A DNA stretch of 64,000 bases, taken from assembly GCF_009914755.1 (NCBI RefSeq), contig NC_060939.1; one strand, written 5' to 3'. The stretch's first letter is position 1. Each line of letters begins with the position of its first letter. Below the pieces are notes generated by a model. It saw only the letters and a list, made by a program, of their open reading frames with translations. It did not search any database and had not been told where the DNA came from. Shown here piece after piece: positions 1 to 12,888 of the stretch. This DNA is from the human T2T-CHM13v2.0 reference genome, Homo sapiens. The translations under genes were made by a program, and so were the position numbers.

Positions 1-875
1 ATAGATTTGCCTATTCTGGATATTGCATATAAATAGAAACACATAATATGTGGTCTTTTGTGACTGACTCTTTTTACTTAGCGTATTTTCAGGATTCATC
101 TGTGTTATGTTACATAATCAATATTTCATTTCTTTTTATAGCTGAATAATATTCCATTGTATGGATATACCATTTTTTATTTATCTGTTCATCAGTTGAC
201 TGAGATTTGGAGTACTTCTACTCTTTGGCTATTATGAATAATATTGCTGTGTATTTGCTGTACAAGTTTTTGTATGGACGTATTTTCAGTTCTCTTGGGT
301 GTATACCTAGGAGTGGAGTTACCAGGTAATATAACTCTGGTGTTTAACCATTTGAGGAACTGCCAGGCTTTTTCCCAAAGTGGCTCTGCACCATTTTACA
401 ATCCCATCAGCAACTTATGAAGGTTCCAGTTTCTTCACATCTTTGCCAACATGCGTCTGTTCCTTTTATTTTAGCCATCTTAATGGTGTGAAAACCTCAC
501 TGAGGTTTTGCATTTCCCTAATGACTAATAATGAATATAGGTTGGGTGCTATGGCTTATGCCTATAATCCCAGCACCTTGGGAGGCTGAGGCAGGCAGAT
601 GGCTTCAGCCTAGGAGTTCGAGACCAGCCTGGGCAACATTGCAAAACCCCATCTCTAGAAAAATTATCCAGGTTTAGTGGCACGCACCTGTAGTCCCAGC
701 TACTTGGAAGGCTGAGGTGGAAGGATCACCTGAGCCTGGGGAGGTCAAGGCTGCAGTGATCTGTGATGCGCCACTGCATTCCAACCCTAGGCAACAGAGT
801 AAAACCCTGTCTGAAATATATATTGAGCATAATTTCATGGGTTTATTGACTACTTGTGTATCTTCTTTGGAGGAA
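1..875 (-). mobile_element. Old L1M (L1MB/MC-like) 3' fragment, interrupted by an Alu
   Basis: Antisense L1 3' motifs: tggatataccattt, tatacctaggagtgga, gaggaactgcca, gcatttccctaatgactaat. Resumes after the Alu at ~820. Confidence 0.85.
540..815 (+). mobile_element. AluJ
   Basis: Dimeric Alu: cctataatcccagcac...gaggtcaaggctgcagtga. Confidence 0.9.
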
Positions 876-1029
876 ACTCTGAGACTTAGTGATTTAATTT
901 CTGAAATGGAGATAGTGGTTCTGGCCTTGCACTATTTTTGAGAATGATGTAATAAAAAGATGTATCTAATCCCCCAGCACAGGGCCTAACACTTAGAAGA
1001 CATTTATTAAACGTTAATTTCTTCTTTCC

Positions 1030-1160
1030 CATTCCTTCTCCAGTTTCACAGATGAAGAAACTGAGGCTTAGAGAGAAGACACACAAGTAATTCACCAGGG
1101 TTCATCTTACAGTTAGCTTGTGAACGCTAGATTCAAATGCAGATTTTTGTATTCGTGCTA
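1030..1160 (-). mobile_element. MIR fragment
   Basis: MIR core cagatgaagaaactgaggcttagagag. Confidence 0.7.
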
Positions 1161-2029
1161 GATTCAACACTGTACTCCCCCAACAACCCCTCCTTTTTGC
1201 CTATGCTCCTCTACTGTGAAATGGCTCCTTGGAGTAGGTAAACTTAGTTACTGTATATGATACTGTCTTTTATATCTTTGCTGTAAAAGCAAAAATAGCT
1301 GATTTGTTTAAAGAAACCTTTTCAAGGAATCGAATTTAATAGACTGTCTCTTTAGATTCATTTGAAATGTAATGTGCCTAAGGAACTGTGTTTTCCTTAC
1401 ACTTTGACCTCTCTAGGATAAAATGTCTGTAACAGATGAAAGGCTCAATTTTGGATGAATGTCTTGATGCATGACCACCAAAGACTGTTTCAGCTAGAAT
1501 GGTTGAAGAACTCTGGTTTCCAGATGTTATTACCTTAAAGCTAACCTGTTTTTATATGTAGTTTATAGTGAGCAGGACCACTGACATATATTATTGACCA
1601 TTTTGATTTTTTTTTGTGGATTTTAGAGAGGCAGCATCTGTAAATTACGTGCATACTGACTTTTGTTTTTGTTTTTTAACTTCACACAACTCCAGAGAAA
1701 GAAAAAAATAGAATCTTTTTAGACAAAAGAGAAACCCCTACTCTTTTGGCAGGATTTGCAAACTCAGATACTCTAGAGTGCATTATCAGGGGACCAGCTG
1801 AGGAATTCATTGACCAACATCTCCAGTTATTGTTGATTACCAGAAGAGAGCCGTCAATTTTCTTGTGAAGTGCTGTTATTTTAAACAACAGAGTTGGGAT
1901 CAGAACTGTTTCTGAACTGAAAGTAGAGTGTTAAAGAGATTCTTTTTTTTCTGGTTTTGGTGTTTTCAAATTAGTCTATTTTTAATTATTAATATTAAAT
2001 GATAATGAAAAATGTGCTTGTTGTGTTAC

Positions 2030-2230
2030 ACACGTTGCTAAGTACTACATATATTAGCTCATAAAATCTTCACAACTTACGAGTTGTATGTATTGCCTGA
2101 ATTACTATGTATTTTTCATATCAGGAAATTAAAGTTTAGAAAGTTTAGGTAACTGGTCCAAAAGTCACAAAATTGGTAAGTCATGGAATTGGGATTTAAA
2201 CTAAATTTTATCTGACTCCAGAGCTCACCT
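2030..2230 (-). mobile_element. MIR
   Basis: aggtaactggtccaaaagtcac...gggatttaaac...tctgactccagagc. Confidence 0.7.
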
Positions 2231-3232
2231 CCTCACCTTTCTATATTATTTTTTATTTAATTCTGTATTCATAGTAGTTAAAAAGCAAGGGTTCCATTTT
2301 CTGTTTTGCTTTTCAGAGCGTTATTGTCAGACATACTGTTAATAAGATATTTCCTGTGTCTTTGGGGGCAAAAGGTTCAAACGTAGGTGCTTTCACTTAG
2401 GACTGAATTTGGAATCAAAAAAGAGAAAATGTCTTCTGGTGGTCGCACAAGGTAAACCTGGTGGTTAACAGCTTTGAATGCTGTTTAATTCTGCCTGTTG
2501 CTTTGATGAGACCAGTCACTGCTCTTTATGTTTTTTCCATTTCTGGTGAATGGGTGTAATCTGCATTATTTTGAGCTTTAACCGAGCTATTGCATGGAAA
2601 GCTCAACCTATGTGTTAGTTACTTCAGAAAATTGTTTGGAGAGGTTTTATGATCTTTTTATTATGTTGTTTGGGGGATGGGTGGGTAACATTATACCATT
2701 TTTCAAATGGTGGTGTTACTCTGTTTAGAAAGCAAGCAAATTTTAAGTCCAATATTACTGTTTTTACTTACTAATGCTTCTGTAAACCAAAGGAATGGTT
2801 GTCTTTGTATCCTCATAAAAGCAATCACTCATCATCAATTTTAAATGACCACTTATAACAATAAGTATATCTCATTATGCTTTTCCTGCTGTACTTTTGG
2901 AACTGGCACATTTGATCTCTGTTCATCCCTACATGATACTCTGAAGATGACTAGACAGAGCCTTTAAAGTTATGTCAGGCCACAAAGGGAGATTATAAAT
3001 GAGGAGAAACTTCAAGGTCCTCTCTAATCGTTCTACAGATTAATAAATTGAACTCATTGTTATAATTTCATCTGATAAAGGCTAAACAACAAATAGTAAG
3101 AACCTGAAGTAGAATCTGAGTCTTCTGATTTGGGTCTGATGTCTTCTTCTAGTCTAAGATTTGGAAAAGAAGTTAGGTATGCATTTTAAAGTGAATGGTG
3201 TATAATAAACCACCAGTGAGTTTATCTTGTCA

Positions 3233-3508
<276 letters not shown>

Positions 3509-4399
3509 TCATCAAATGTGTACATTTTTTTCTTTTAGACTGTAGAATATGTAATCACTATTAGCCTTTTGTGCAAAGTGTAGTATTTATATCTACAAGT
3601 AAATACTTATGTATCCAGCATCCTAATCTGAAATGTGAAATAATTAGATTTTCTATATGTTGTTTTTGAGAGAGATCAAATAAACATATTGGCAGCAAAA
3701 ATTAATCACCCAAGTCAACTTTCAGGGTTGTCAAAGGGTCAATTCAGATTCAGCTACGTGTGTTACACTGGTTTCCACATGATTTCTGGCTCTGATGATT
3801 GATGTTCCTAATGGAATCTAAGGACCTTTAAGGTGCCGAATTGCCCTCTGAATTATCAAAGAAATCTACTGGTTAAACACGTGTGTGCCCATTCTTGTCC
3901 CACCAAGGATTTGAGTTTGCTGGTTTGCTTTTTTTAAGAATGAAACCTATTTTTCCTGATTTTTCTTTTTAAATTGTGTCATCTGTACATGGCATATAGT
4001 CAATCAGTTATTCATAATACTAAGTTATCCAAGATATCCCTGCCTACATCCTCTCTGAGTAAAAGGAGCTGACAAGAGCTCTGTGGATGCTACCTAACAG
4101 ATCATGGAGCTCTGCCTATGTCTAATTATAGCAATGTTTGCTGAAAATTGTTCTATTTATCTTCTCTTGTAATTATGCACTATACAGAGTCACCCCTCAC
4201 ACACCAGGAGAATGTGAGGAAAACAAAGCCAGTGACTCTACATTTAAATTTTTTTCATGGTCACCTAATTTTTATTTGCAATTCAGTTTTAGCTAGGTTA
4301 TTTTAGAAGGATGCAAAGCCTTTTTATCCTTCATACAAGATTACCAACTACCATTTTTACTTTCATCCTCCTTTGTTTCATACTATTGTTTAACAGTTG

Positions 4400-6050
4400 T
4401 TTTGTGTAGGATACAAGCCTTGCATGCCAACTTTGATGTGGCAGAATGAATCATGTTACCATTGATCTGAGCCTGAACAGAATAGCCATCTTCAAATAGG
4501 AAGAAGTTTCTAGCTTCAGGTTGTTTTAGCACTGCGTGCCTTGCTTAGCCTGCCGTGTAAAGTCAGTTGCCTCACTCGAAACAACCCTGTATTAATATGC
4601 ACAACATGACCATTTTCAGTAGAAGGTTATTAGAATGCTAGTTTGTATCCTCTAGTGAATGAAATGATGTGTGATTATGAAGTCATCAGGCATGGACCAG
4701 TAAGACTCCAGAGAGCCTGCCCCCTCCGAGGTCCTCAGGGTGCCATTGATTGGTGGCCATGTGTTTGTGCCCGATAGACTGTGAAATGGTGTGTTGCTAC
4801 ACGGCTGTGTTGCACCTGCGCCCCACCGAGGTGATTGATTGGTTTGGTCATGTGGAATGTTCCCATCTGGTCTGCAGTAATGTGTTTTTTTTTTTTTTCC
4901 CATCTGTGAATAGCAAGTGCTGGCTGAATAGTTACAGCAAACAGTTTCAGAAGCTAAATAATCCTTTTCCTCTAAGAACAAATTGGGATATGAAGGAGTT
5001 TGTTTTTGCTTACCTTGCCTTTTGTAAAGGTAGTCATTCTCCATCAGGTTCCTACTCCTTCTGTCTAGGATGTTATGTGCTTTTCTCTTTTTACCTATTT
5101 TTACCTCCTCTTCATAATAGATTACGCTTTCTGTATTTCTAATTTGTGCAAGTTTAAAGCAAAATCTGTTCTTTTTTGCTGTTTGTTGTTTTGATATGCC
5201 ACTTGAAGTGATTTGCAATTTTTTAAAAGATAGTTTCTGTGATCATAATTGGATTATCAGAGTACTGATGTATTTTTAAGCTTTCACTTAACCTCACAAG
5301 AGTGGTGGTTTATTTATTGAAAACTACTGATGTTGCAGTTTAAATGTCAAGAAATTATTTATTAGGTTCTTTTTTTAAAAGATTCTATAGTTATATTGGG
5401 CGGTCTTGTTTGATATTTCTTAATCTTAGTCCTTTTTCATAATTGATCTATTCATTCCACCTAATGACTAATTACATATCAGAGCACATCATCAACCACA
5501 TTCATCATAGTAGAATGTAATAATCAATGACATTTCAACAAAGGAAAAAATAAATATGCAAATAAGGCCTCATTAACATTTGCATGAGTTGTTTGAATAA
5601 TCACGTTGCTGACAAGGCTGTAATTAACAGAAATTGATGCTGAGTTCAGTATTTGATAGTGTGTTTTCTCAGCATTTTATTGTTGTCACTGCGGGGGCTG
5701 AAATGAAGTTCTGCTCTACTTGTACCTTGACTGGAATTTGATGTGCAGGGCTGTGCCAGGTACGAAAGGCTTCTGGGAGCCCTTGATTCATCTGTGACCT
5801 ACACTTAATGCATATAAAGATTCTTTATTTAAATTGCCTTATTTTTTTAATGAAGCACCATTAGATTTTAGCAATTATGAGACAACTGTAGAAAGAAAAC
5901 AAACATGAAAATTCAAATCATTCATTATTTTGCCAGAAATGGCTTATATGAATCAGATACAATTAAGACTTCAAGATTTAAATTTGCTCATACCATGGAA
6001 AACTGATGCCATTAATTTTTTTTTTCCTCTCTCTTAAATCTTGCCCAGTG
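4400..6050. promoter_or_regulatory. Putative conserved intronic enhancer / internal promoter block
   Basis: No recognisable repeats. Contains ATTGATTGG twice (4745, 4834), six CANNTG boxes in 4758-4919, AACAAAG (5537), ATGCAAAT (5556), ATTTGCAT (5578) and TAATTA (5621). From memory and unverified: TCF12 introns host an ultraconserved element (uc.388) and VISTA enhancers (hs357, hs623). Confidence 0.7.
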
Positions 6051-7942
6051 GATCACTGTCAAGAGGTTGGAGCTTACTGTAATTGAAAATCACTTGCTTA
6101 GGGAAAAAAATCTAATTATAAAATGTACAGTTTGAGGGTTTTTGTGTTTTTTTTTTTTTGAATAGCTGTGCACCCCCACATTCCTCCTCCTTTTCCTGTA
6201 CTGTTTCCTGTTTTTGTCATGGATATTAACTGAAATGCTCTAAACACAATAAAGCTGTTTATGTCAGTTTTTTGGATGACTGCAAGTGCTGATTATAACA
6301 AGTTTAAGGAATTTCCTTTGTTGAATGTGTACCCATGCCATATGGCTCAACATGGAACATTAACTTGACAGGGATAATGGATTGTGGTATATGGAGACAA
6401 TTTTGCCTGCAGCTTTACTATAACTCATTCTGGTTGGGGATCACAGGTTTGTAGTATGGGATGCAACAAACATCCAGATGGATTTACTTTACATAAAAGA
6501 GTTGCATTTATTTTTATTTCCTTCCTGTAATTGGAAAAAGAACTTTTTTTAAAAGAATCAAAATATTAAAAAGTAAACGAAGGGAAAATTGTTCAAATGA
6601 AAACATGTATTCTGAGCAGTTTTTTTGGTAAAATGCTATGAAAGAGACTATTTTTGTATATTTAGCACATTAAAGTCATGGTGTATATAAGCTGATACTG
6701 CTTTTGTCTTTACGGTAGTATCCAAAATGAATTTTCCTCTCAAGATTAGAAAGTTGTCTGTATCAACCTTAAAGGTGTTTCAGGTTTGTAGACATAAATG
6801 ATCAAGCAGTGTCAATTATGAAATTATTTTAGTAATGCTTATTAAATAGTAGCCCTCTCTGAGATGAATTGGATTTGTAAGATTTGAGATAGAAAAGCTT
6901 TTTAAAAAAGTATCCAGTTTTTCTTTAACTGCAGTATATCACATATAATAGAAGAAAAGGTTTGTTATTTCGCCAAGCAGTAATAAAGTTGCTGACTGTT
7001 GGCTTCTTGGTTTTATATGTATCCCTGTGAAAGTTACTCTTAATTTATCTGGTGGGAATAAGAAAACTAAAAGCCACTTTGGCAGAATGATCATGTAACC
7101 AAAGGCTAGTTACCTAGAATGCTTAAATACATTGTTGTTAAGAACTGACATCTATTCTAGCTGTGTTAGAGGGGGAAAAAATCTGGATTTTTTTTTTTTC
7201 ATGAAATGGGCTTGTAATGCTAAAAAAAACTAGCTGACTTGGTTATTTTCACTTTCTTTTTAAATAATTTAGATCTTCATTTATCTTCCACTCTGTGTTT
7301 AGGTGGAATATAGAGCTTATGTCATCAATTAAATTATGTGGAAATCTATAATTTGTCTAAATAAAATCATTGATCTATACTATTGATCTGCAGTATCCTT
7401 GATACATTAGGTAATGTGCTGTCTCTGAGCACAGTAGATAAAGACAGCTATCCCTTGCAGCTTCTAAACACTAAAAATTGCTGACATCTTTGCAAGTTTA
7501 TTTTGAGTACCTAGGACATACACAGAAGTCAGAGGCCAAGCTTTTTAACCATCTTTGCTGTGTCAAAAAACACTGGAAGTGGGAAGGAAACTAGGCTGGG
7601 AGGCCATGTTTTCTTTTTTTTCTTTGCTCTTGGGAGACGTTTGCTCTTTATTTCTCTTATGAAGTCACAGTGGCCTGTCATAACCATGGATTAAATGTTT
7701 GAACACAAAAACAATAATTCCCATGATTTAATTCACAGCTTTTAACAGATCGACGTATATTTCTTATTTCTACATTCCAAGGTATGAAAAATAGCTATCA
7801 ATTTCTAGTGTATTATCTCACACTAATACATATAAAGGAAATATGTGAACTTACCCTCAAAGAAACAATAAAATTTTCAGAGACATCAAAATAAGTATTT
7901 TAGGTTTGAAGATCCCTTTTCCTTCATTTCGTAATAGATGTT

Positions 7943-8523
<581 letters not shown>

Positions 8524-8988
8524 CTGGCAGTGTTTCTTAATGTGATATCCAGCATTGCTTATAAATAAAACACATTTTTCCCCATGTATTTTAAATACTG
8601 TAATTTACAAAGGATGTATTAATGAATAATGAAATTTTTTTCCACTTTGGTAAAAGTTTGACACAGGTATAAAGGGCTTATATTGAAAAATATGGTATTC
8701 AAACAAAATATTTTAGAAGTTACTCATCTAAATTGCCTAAAATATTATTTCTAAAAATATTTGTGGATTAACTGAGAATGTAGGAATCGTTGTAGGATTT
8801 AATACATTTTAACCATTGATATTTGGTTGTGGTGGCATTGCTTCCATAATACAGTGACTCTGCAACTGCTATCTAGATTTTTTTCACTTGTAGAGTGTAA
8901 TAATTTGCAAATGTTTTGTTTATTTTTATATTGGCAGAGATTATAATTCTGAGGTACTATGCTTATAGGAAAGACTTAAAGAATATTA

Positions 8989-9292
8989 GGTCGGGCACGG
9001 TGGCTCATGCCCGTAATCCCAGCACTTTGAGAGGCCAAGGCTGGCGGATCACGAGATCAGGAGTTCGAAACCAGCCTGGCCAACCTGGTGAAACCCTGTC
9101 TCTACTAAAAATACAAAAATTAGCTGGGCATGGTGGCAGGCATCTGTAATCCCAGCTACTCAAGAGGCTGAGGCAGGAGAATCATTTGAACCCGGGAGGT
9201 AGAGGTTGCAGTGAGCCAAGATAGCACCATTGTGCACTCCAGCCTGGCTGACAGAGTGAGACTCTGTCTCAAAAGAAAAAAAAAAAAATAAA
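8989..9292 (+). mobile_element. AluS
   Basis: Full dimer with A tail. Confidence 0.92.
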
Positions 9293-11237
9293 GTATTACC
9301 ACCAGTTCTACTTGTTCTTCTCTTTTCAGTGGCCCATCCTTAAGCCAGTTCTCTCCTTGGTAGAGAACAAAGACAGGCAAAAGAGAAGAATTTCCAGTTT
9401 TTCCATTTTACTTTTACTTGTTAATATCACTGATGGCTAAATATTTCATGAAATTATACTTTGATGCTCATGTCTAAAATGACACTTCAGCGTTAACTAA
9501 AGATTTCTGTTTTTCATGTTTTTTCATTTAACACTGCTTCTCTACAGCTGAGCCTGGGTTTCAGTGTTTAAATCGGATCTTGGAAGAAGCTTTCTGTAAG
9601 CTTGGAATGTGCCTTATCTTAAAGCCTTCTTCTCTTACCCTGTTAACCATTCCTGGCTTAAAACCTTCAGAAGTCATGGGATGTGGGTTTGCCTGGGGAG
9701 TCTGCTGCCTCCAGTGGAAATTTAGGCAACTGCTATGGCTATTCCAGACAAGTACTTCACAGATAATCAGATCTGTTTCCTATCTAACCGTAGGAAAAGT
9801 GTAAAGCTTAGAGGGGTAATTCATATATTCCACTTTATAAACCATTCTAACAGCCAGTTGTAGGAAGAGGGCAGCTGTTTGTTTTTAAAATCACTTATTC
9901 TCAAAAGAGTTCATTTGGAGACAGTTAAAATAAGGCAATAGGCAGAAAGTGGTAGAGCTAGAAGAGGCCTAACTATGTTTATTGGGGTTCATAGATAAAA
10001 AGCAAATGACCAGGTATTTTCATTATAAGCCATTATGTAGTCATTTCTTTTTTAAGCGCGTGCTACCAATTGATGTTTTCAGTTATGAAGAGTTTTGCTG
10101 TACTAAATGATCAAAATTTTAGGTTTAGAATATTGTAACTAATATTTCTGAAATTGAGAAAAATTTAAGTAAGTGAATATATGATTAAATTAACCAGTAG
10201 CTGAGATCATTTACCTATTTCAGTTGAGAACTTGAGCTAAAATTAAGCTTTATACATAATCCCAGTTCCAGAAAGGACCTTGAGAGGTCCTCTAGATAAG
10301 ATCATATTTAGACTGTCCCAAACACATTAGCCTATAATTTAGACAAAATTAATCTCAGTCAGTCTCAGTCTGTTTTTCTCTCTCCCTTCTCACCTCTCCT
10401 TGACTTCTCTTTTTCTAGTTACTCTTCCTTCTCCAATATCCTTTCCTCTTGCTCTCGTAATCTCTGTCCCCTTACTTTCCTCTGCTCTAAAATTTCTTAC
10501 TCATGTGTACCACAAGAATGATGGTCTTTTATAATCCGTTTTATGGCTATTAATTACATACACTAAATTTTCAAAGCAAAGACCTAATGTTCTATTGTAT
10601 AGATGTTTCAGAAATCATCATACATATAACTAGATTTCAGCTGCATGTTGGTATCCATCCCTAAACAGTTTAAGGGTGTTAGCGGTGATTATGATAATTG
10701 GGAGCAGAAGACAGATTCTCTTGACTAGGCAAACTTTAGTGAATCTTAGTCCTTTTCCCTGGAAAAATTAATAGTATCACTCATTACATAGGGCTTTGCT
10801 CCTGCATAACTAAACCACCAGGGAGATCTTCCAGGTTCCTAGCCATCACCTTTATTTGCAAACACTAAAAAATCTCTAATGTTTACTTCTTTAAACCAAA
10901 AAAAAAAAGTTAGAGCATTATAGCTGTGGCCTGCATTCATAGAAAAAGTATGCTTGCACTAATGTTTAGGGGCTAGGAATATTAAAGCATTTGCTATGAC
11001 ACTCAAGAAAAAAGTAATAGTACCAAAAAAGCTTTATAGATGTTTTCATTCTTTAATTTCCATAATCTCCCTATAGAAGATCTGGAAATTACAGTAAGCC
11101 AGAAAAAGAGACAGTAAACTTCATTCACTCACAGTCCTATCATTCAGTCATTATCAGTATTAACATTTGGAGTATAGTAGATGCCGTCTTTCCCACAGAA
11201 ATCGGACAGGCACTTTGCCATTTAATTAAAAACAGTT

Positions 11238-11625
11238 TATTCCTCAAAAAATCAACATAATTACCATGTGATCCAGCAGTATTACTTCCAGGTACATACC
11301 CAAAAGAATTGAAAGCAAGATCTGAAAGAGACATTTGTACACCTATGTTCATATCAGCATTATTCCCAGTTAACCAAAGGATGGAAGTAACCAAGTGTGT
11401 GTTGATGAATGAATGGATGAACAAAATGTGGTATATGCATACAACAGAATATTATTGAGCCTTAAAAAGAAAGGAAATTCTGACACATGCTATAACATGG
11501 ATGGATCTTGATAATGTTTTAATTGAATGAGTATGCTAAGTGAAATAAGCCAGTCATAAAAAGACAAATACTGTATAATTCCATTTCTGTGAAGTACCTA
11601 GAGTAGTCAGATTCATAAAGACAGA
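11238..11625 (+). mobile_element. L1MB-like 3' fragment
   Basis: gatccagcagtattacttccaggtacatacccaaaagaattgaaagca; gctaagtgaaataagccagtca. Confidence 0.85.
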
Positions 11626-11689
11626 TTATCGGGATCAGGAGGAACCTTAAAAGGTTCATCATCCAACAACCCTTGAGTATTTTAATCTC

Positions 11690-12080
11690 CTTTTATTCAA
11701 CAAATATTTATAGATCATGTGCTAAGTGTCAGACGTTATGCTAAGGACTGTGGAAACAAAGGAAACAAGTTTGATAAGGTTCCTGCATTCATAGATCTAA
11801 GGCCTAATAGTAAAGCCTTCCATCACTTAGGGCTTGCTGATTACAAAGTGCCGTGTAATTATTGCAGATAGCCTTTATTTAACTATTTATTTGGGACACA
11901 TAGTGGGCTAAGCCTTTGTGTATATTTATGCATTAAATTCAAATTCTATGAGATATAAACAAAATTATTTTATTTTATATTTGAGGAAACTGATGCTGAG
12001 ATAATTGGTTTGCACAGGATTGAACAATTTACATTGCAAACCCAGGTCTATCTTACTCTGCAATTTGATTTTAACCAGTA
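11690..12080 (-). mobile_element. L2 3' end followed by a MIR fragment
   Basis: attcaacaaatattta...tgtgctaag (L2); tgaggaaactga...acccaggtct (MIR). Confidence 0.6.
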
Positions 12081-12593
12081 TATTATGACCTCTGACCTCA
12101 AGTTCATTACTTCCCTTTTTTTGCCTTTTTGCATGCCTTTACATCTCTGTCAAGGTATTGTCCAATCTGTGCTTTGAACATCTCTAATAATGTAATACGT
12201 TCTCTCAAGGTACTTATCTAATCTTTGGATATCTCTGGTAGGTCTTTATGATGTGTTTTTTAAAAAAATCAGTCTCTATATAATTTTCCCACTTTGGTCC
12301 CAGATGTGTTTTGAGGATCACACCAAACTGTGACAGCCGGTCCTTCAGATATTTAAATCAGGCTATCACCCTTTTTCTCCAGAAATACTTCTCCACTGGT
12401 ATCAAATCCTGTGATTTCAAATGTATTTATTTTCTTAGTCACTGTCCGTGAACAAGTTTTAGATTGCTTGTATTTTTCTTACTATGGCCCCAGATATTGA
12501 TGCAGTTTCTCCAGATACAGAGTAATGACAGGAAACACTCTTCAGTGAAAGTGGTAAAAGCAGGCATTAACTAACCATTCCCCACTCGCTGTT

Positions 12594-12888
<295 letters not shown>

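Noticed and set aside
4652-5218. 188-aa minus-strand ORF overlapping a 130-aa plus-strand ORF in the regulatory block
   Set aside because: Non-ATG start, runs through a poly-A/T tract, and no recognisable domain. Not accepted as a standalone gene. Only the phase-1 sub-segment 4990-5029 is kept as a hypothesis.
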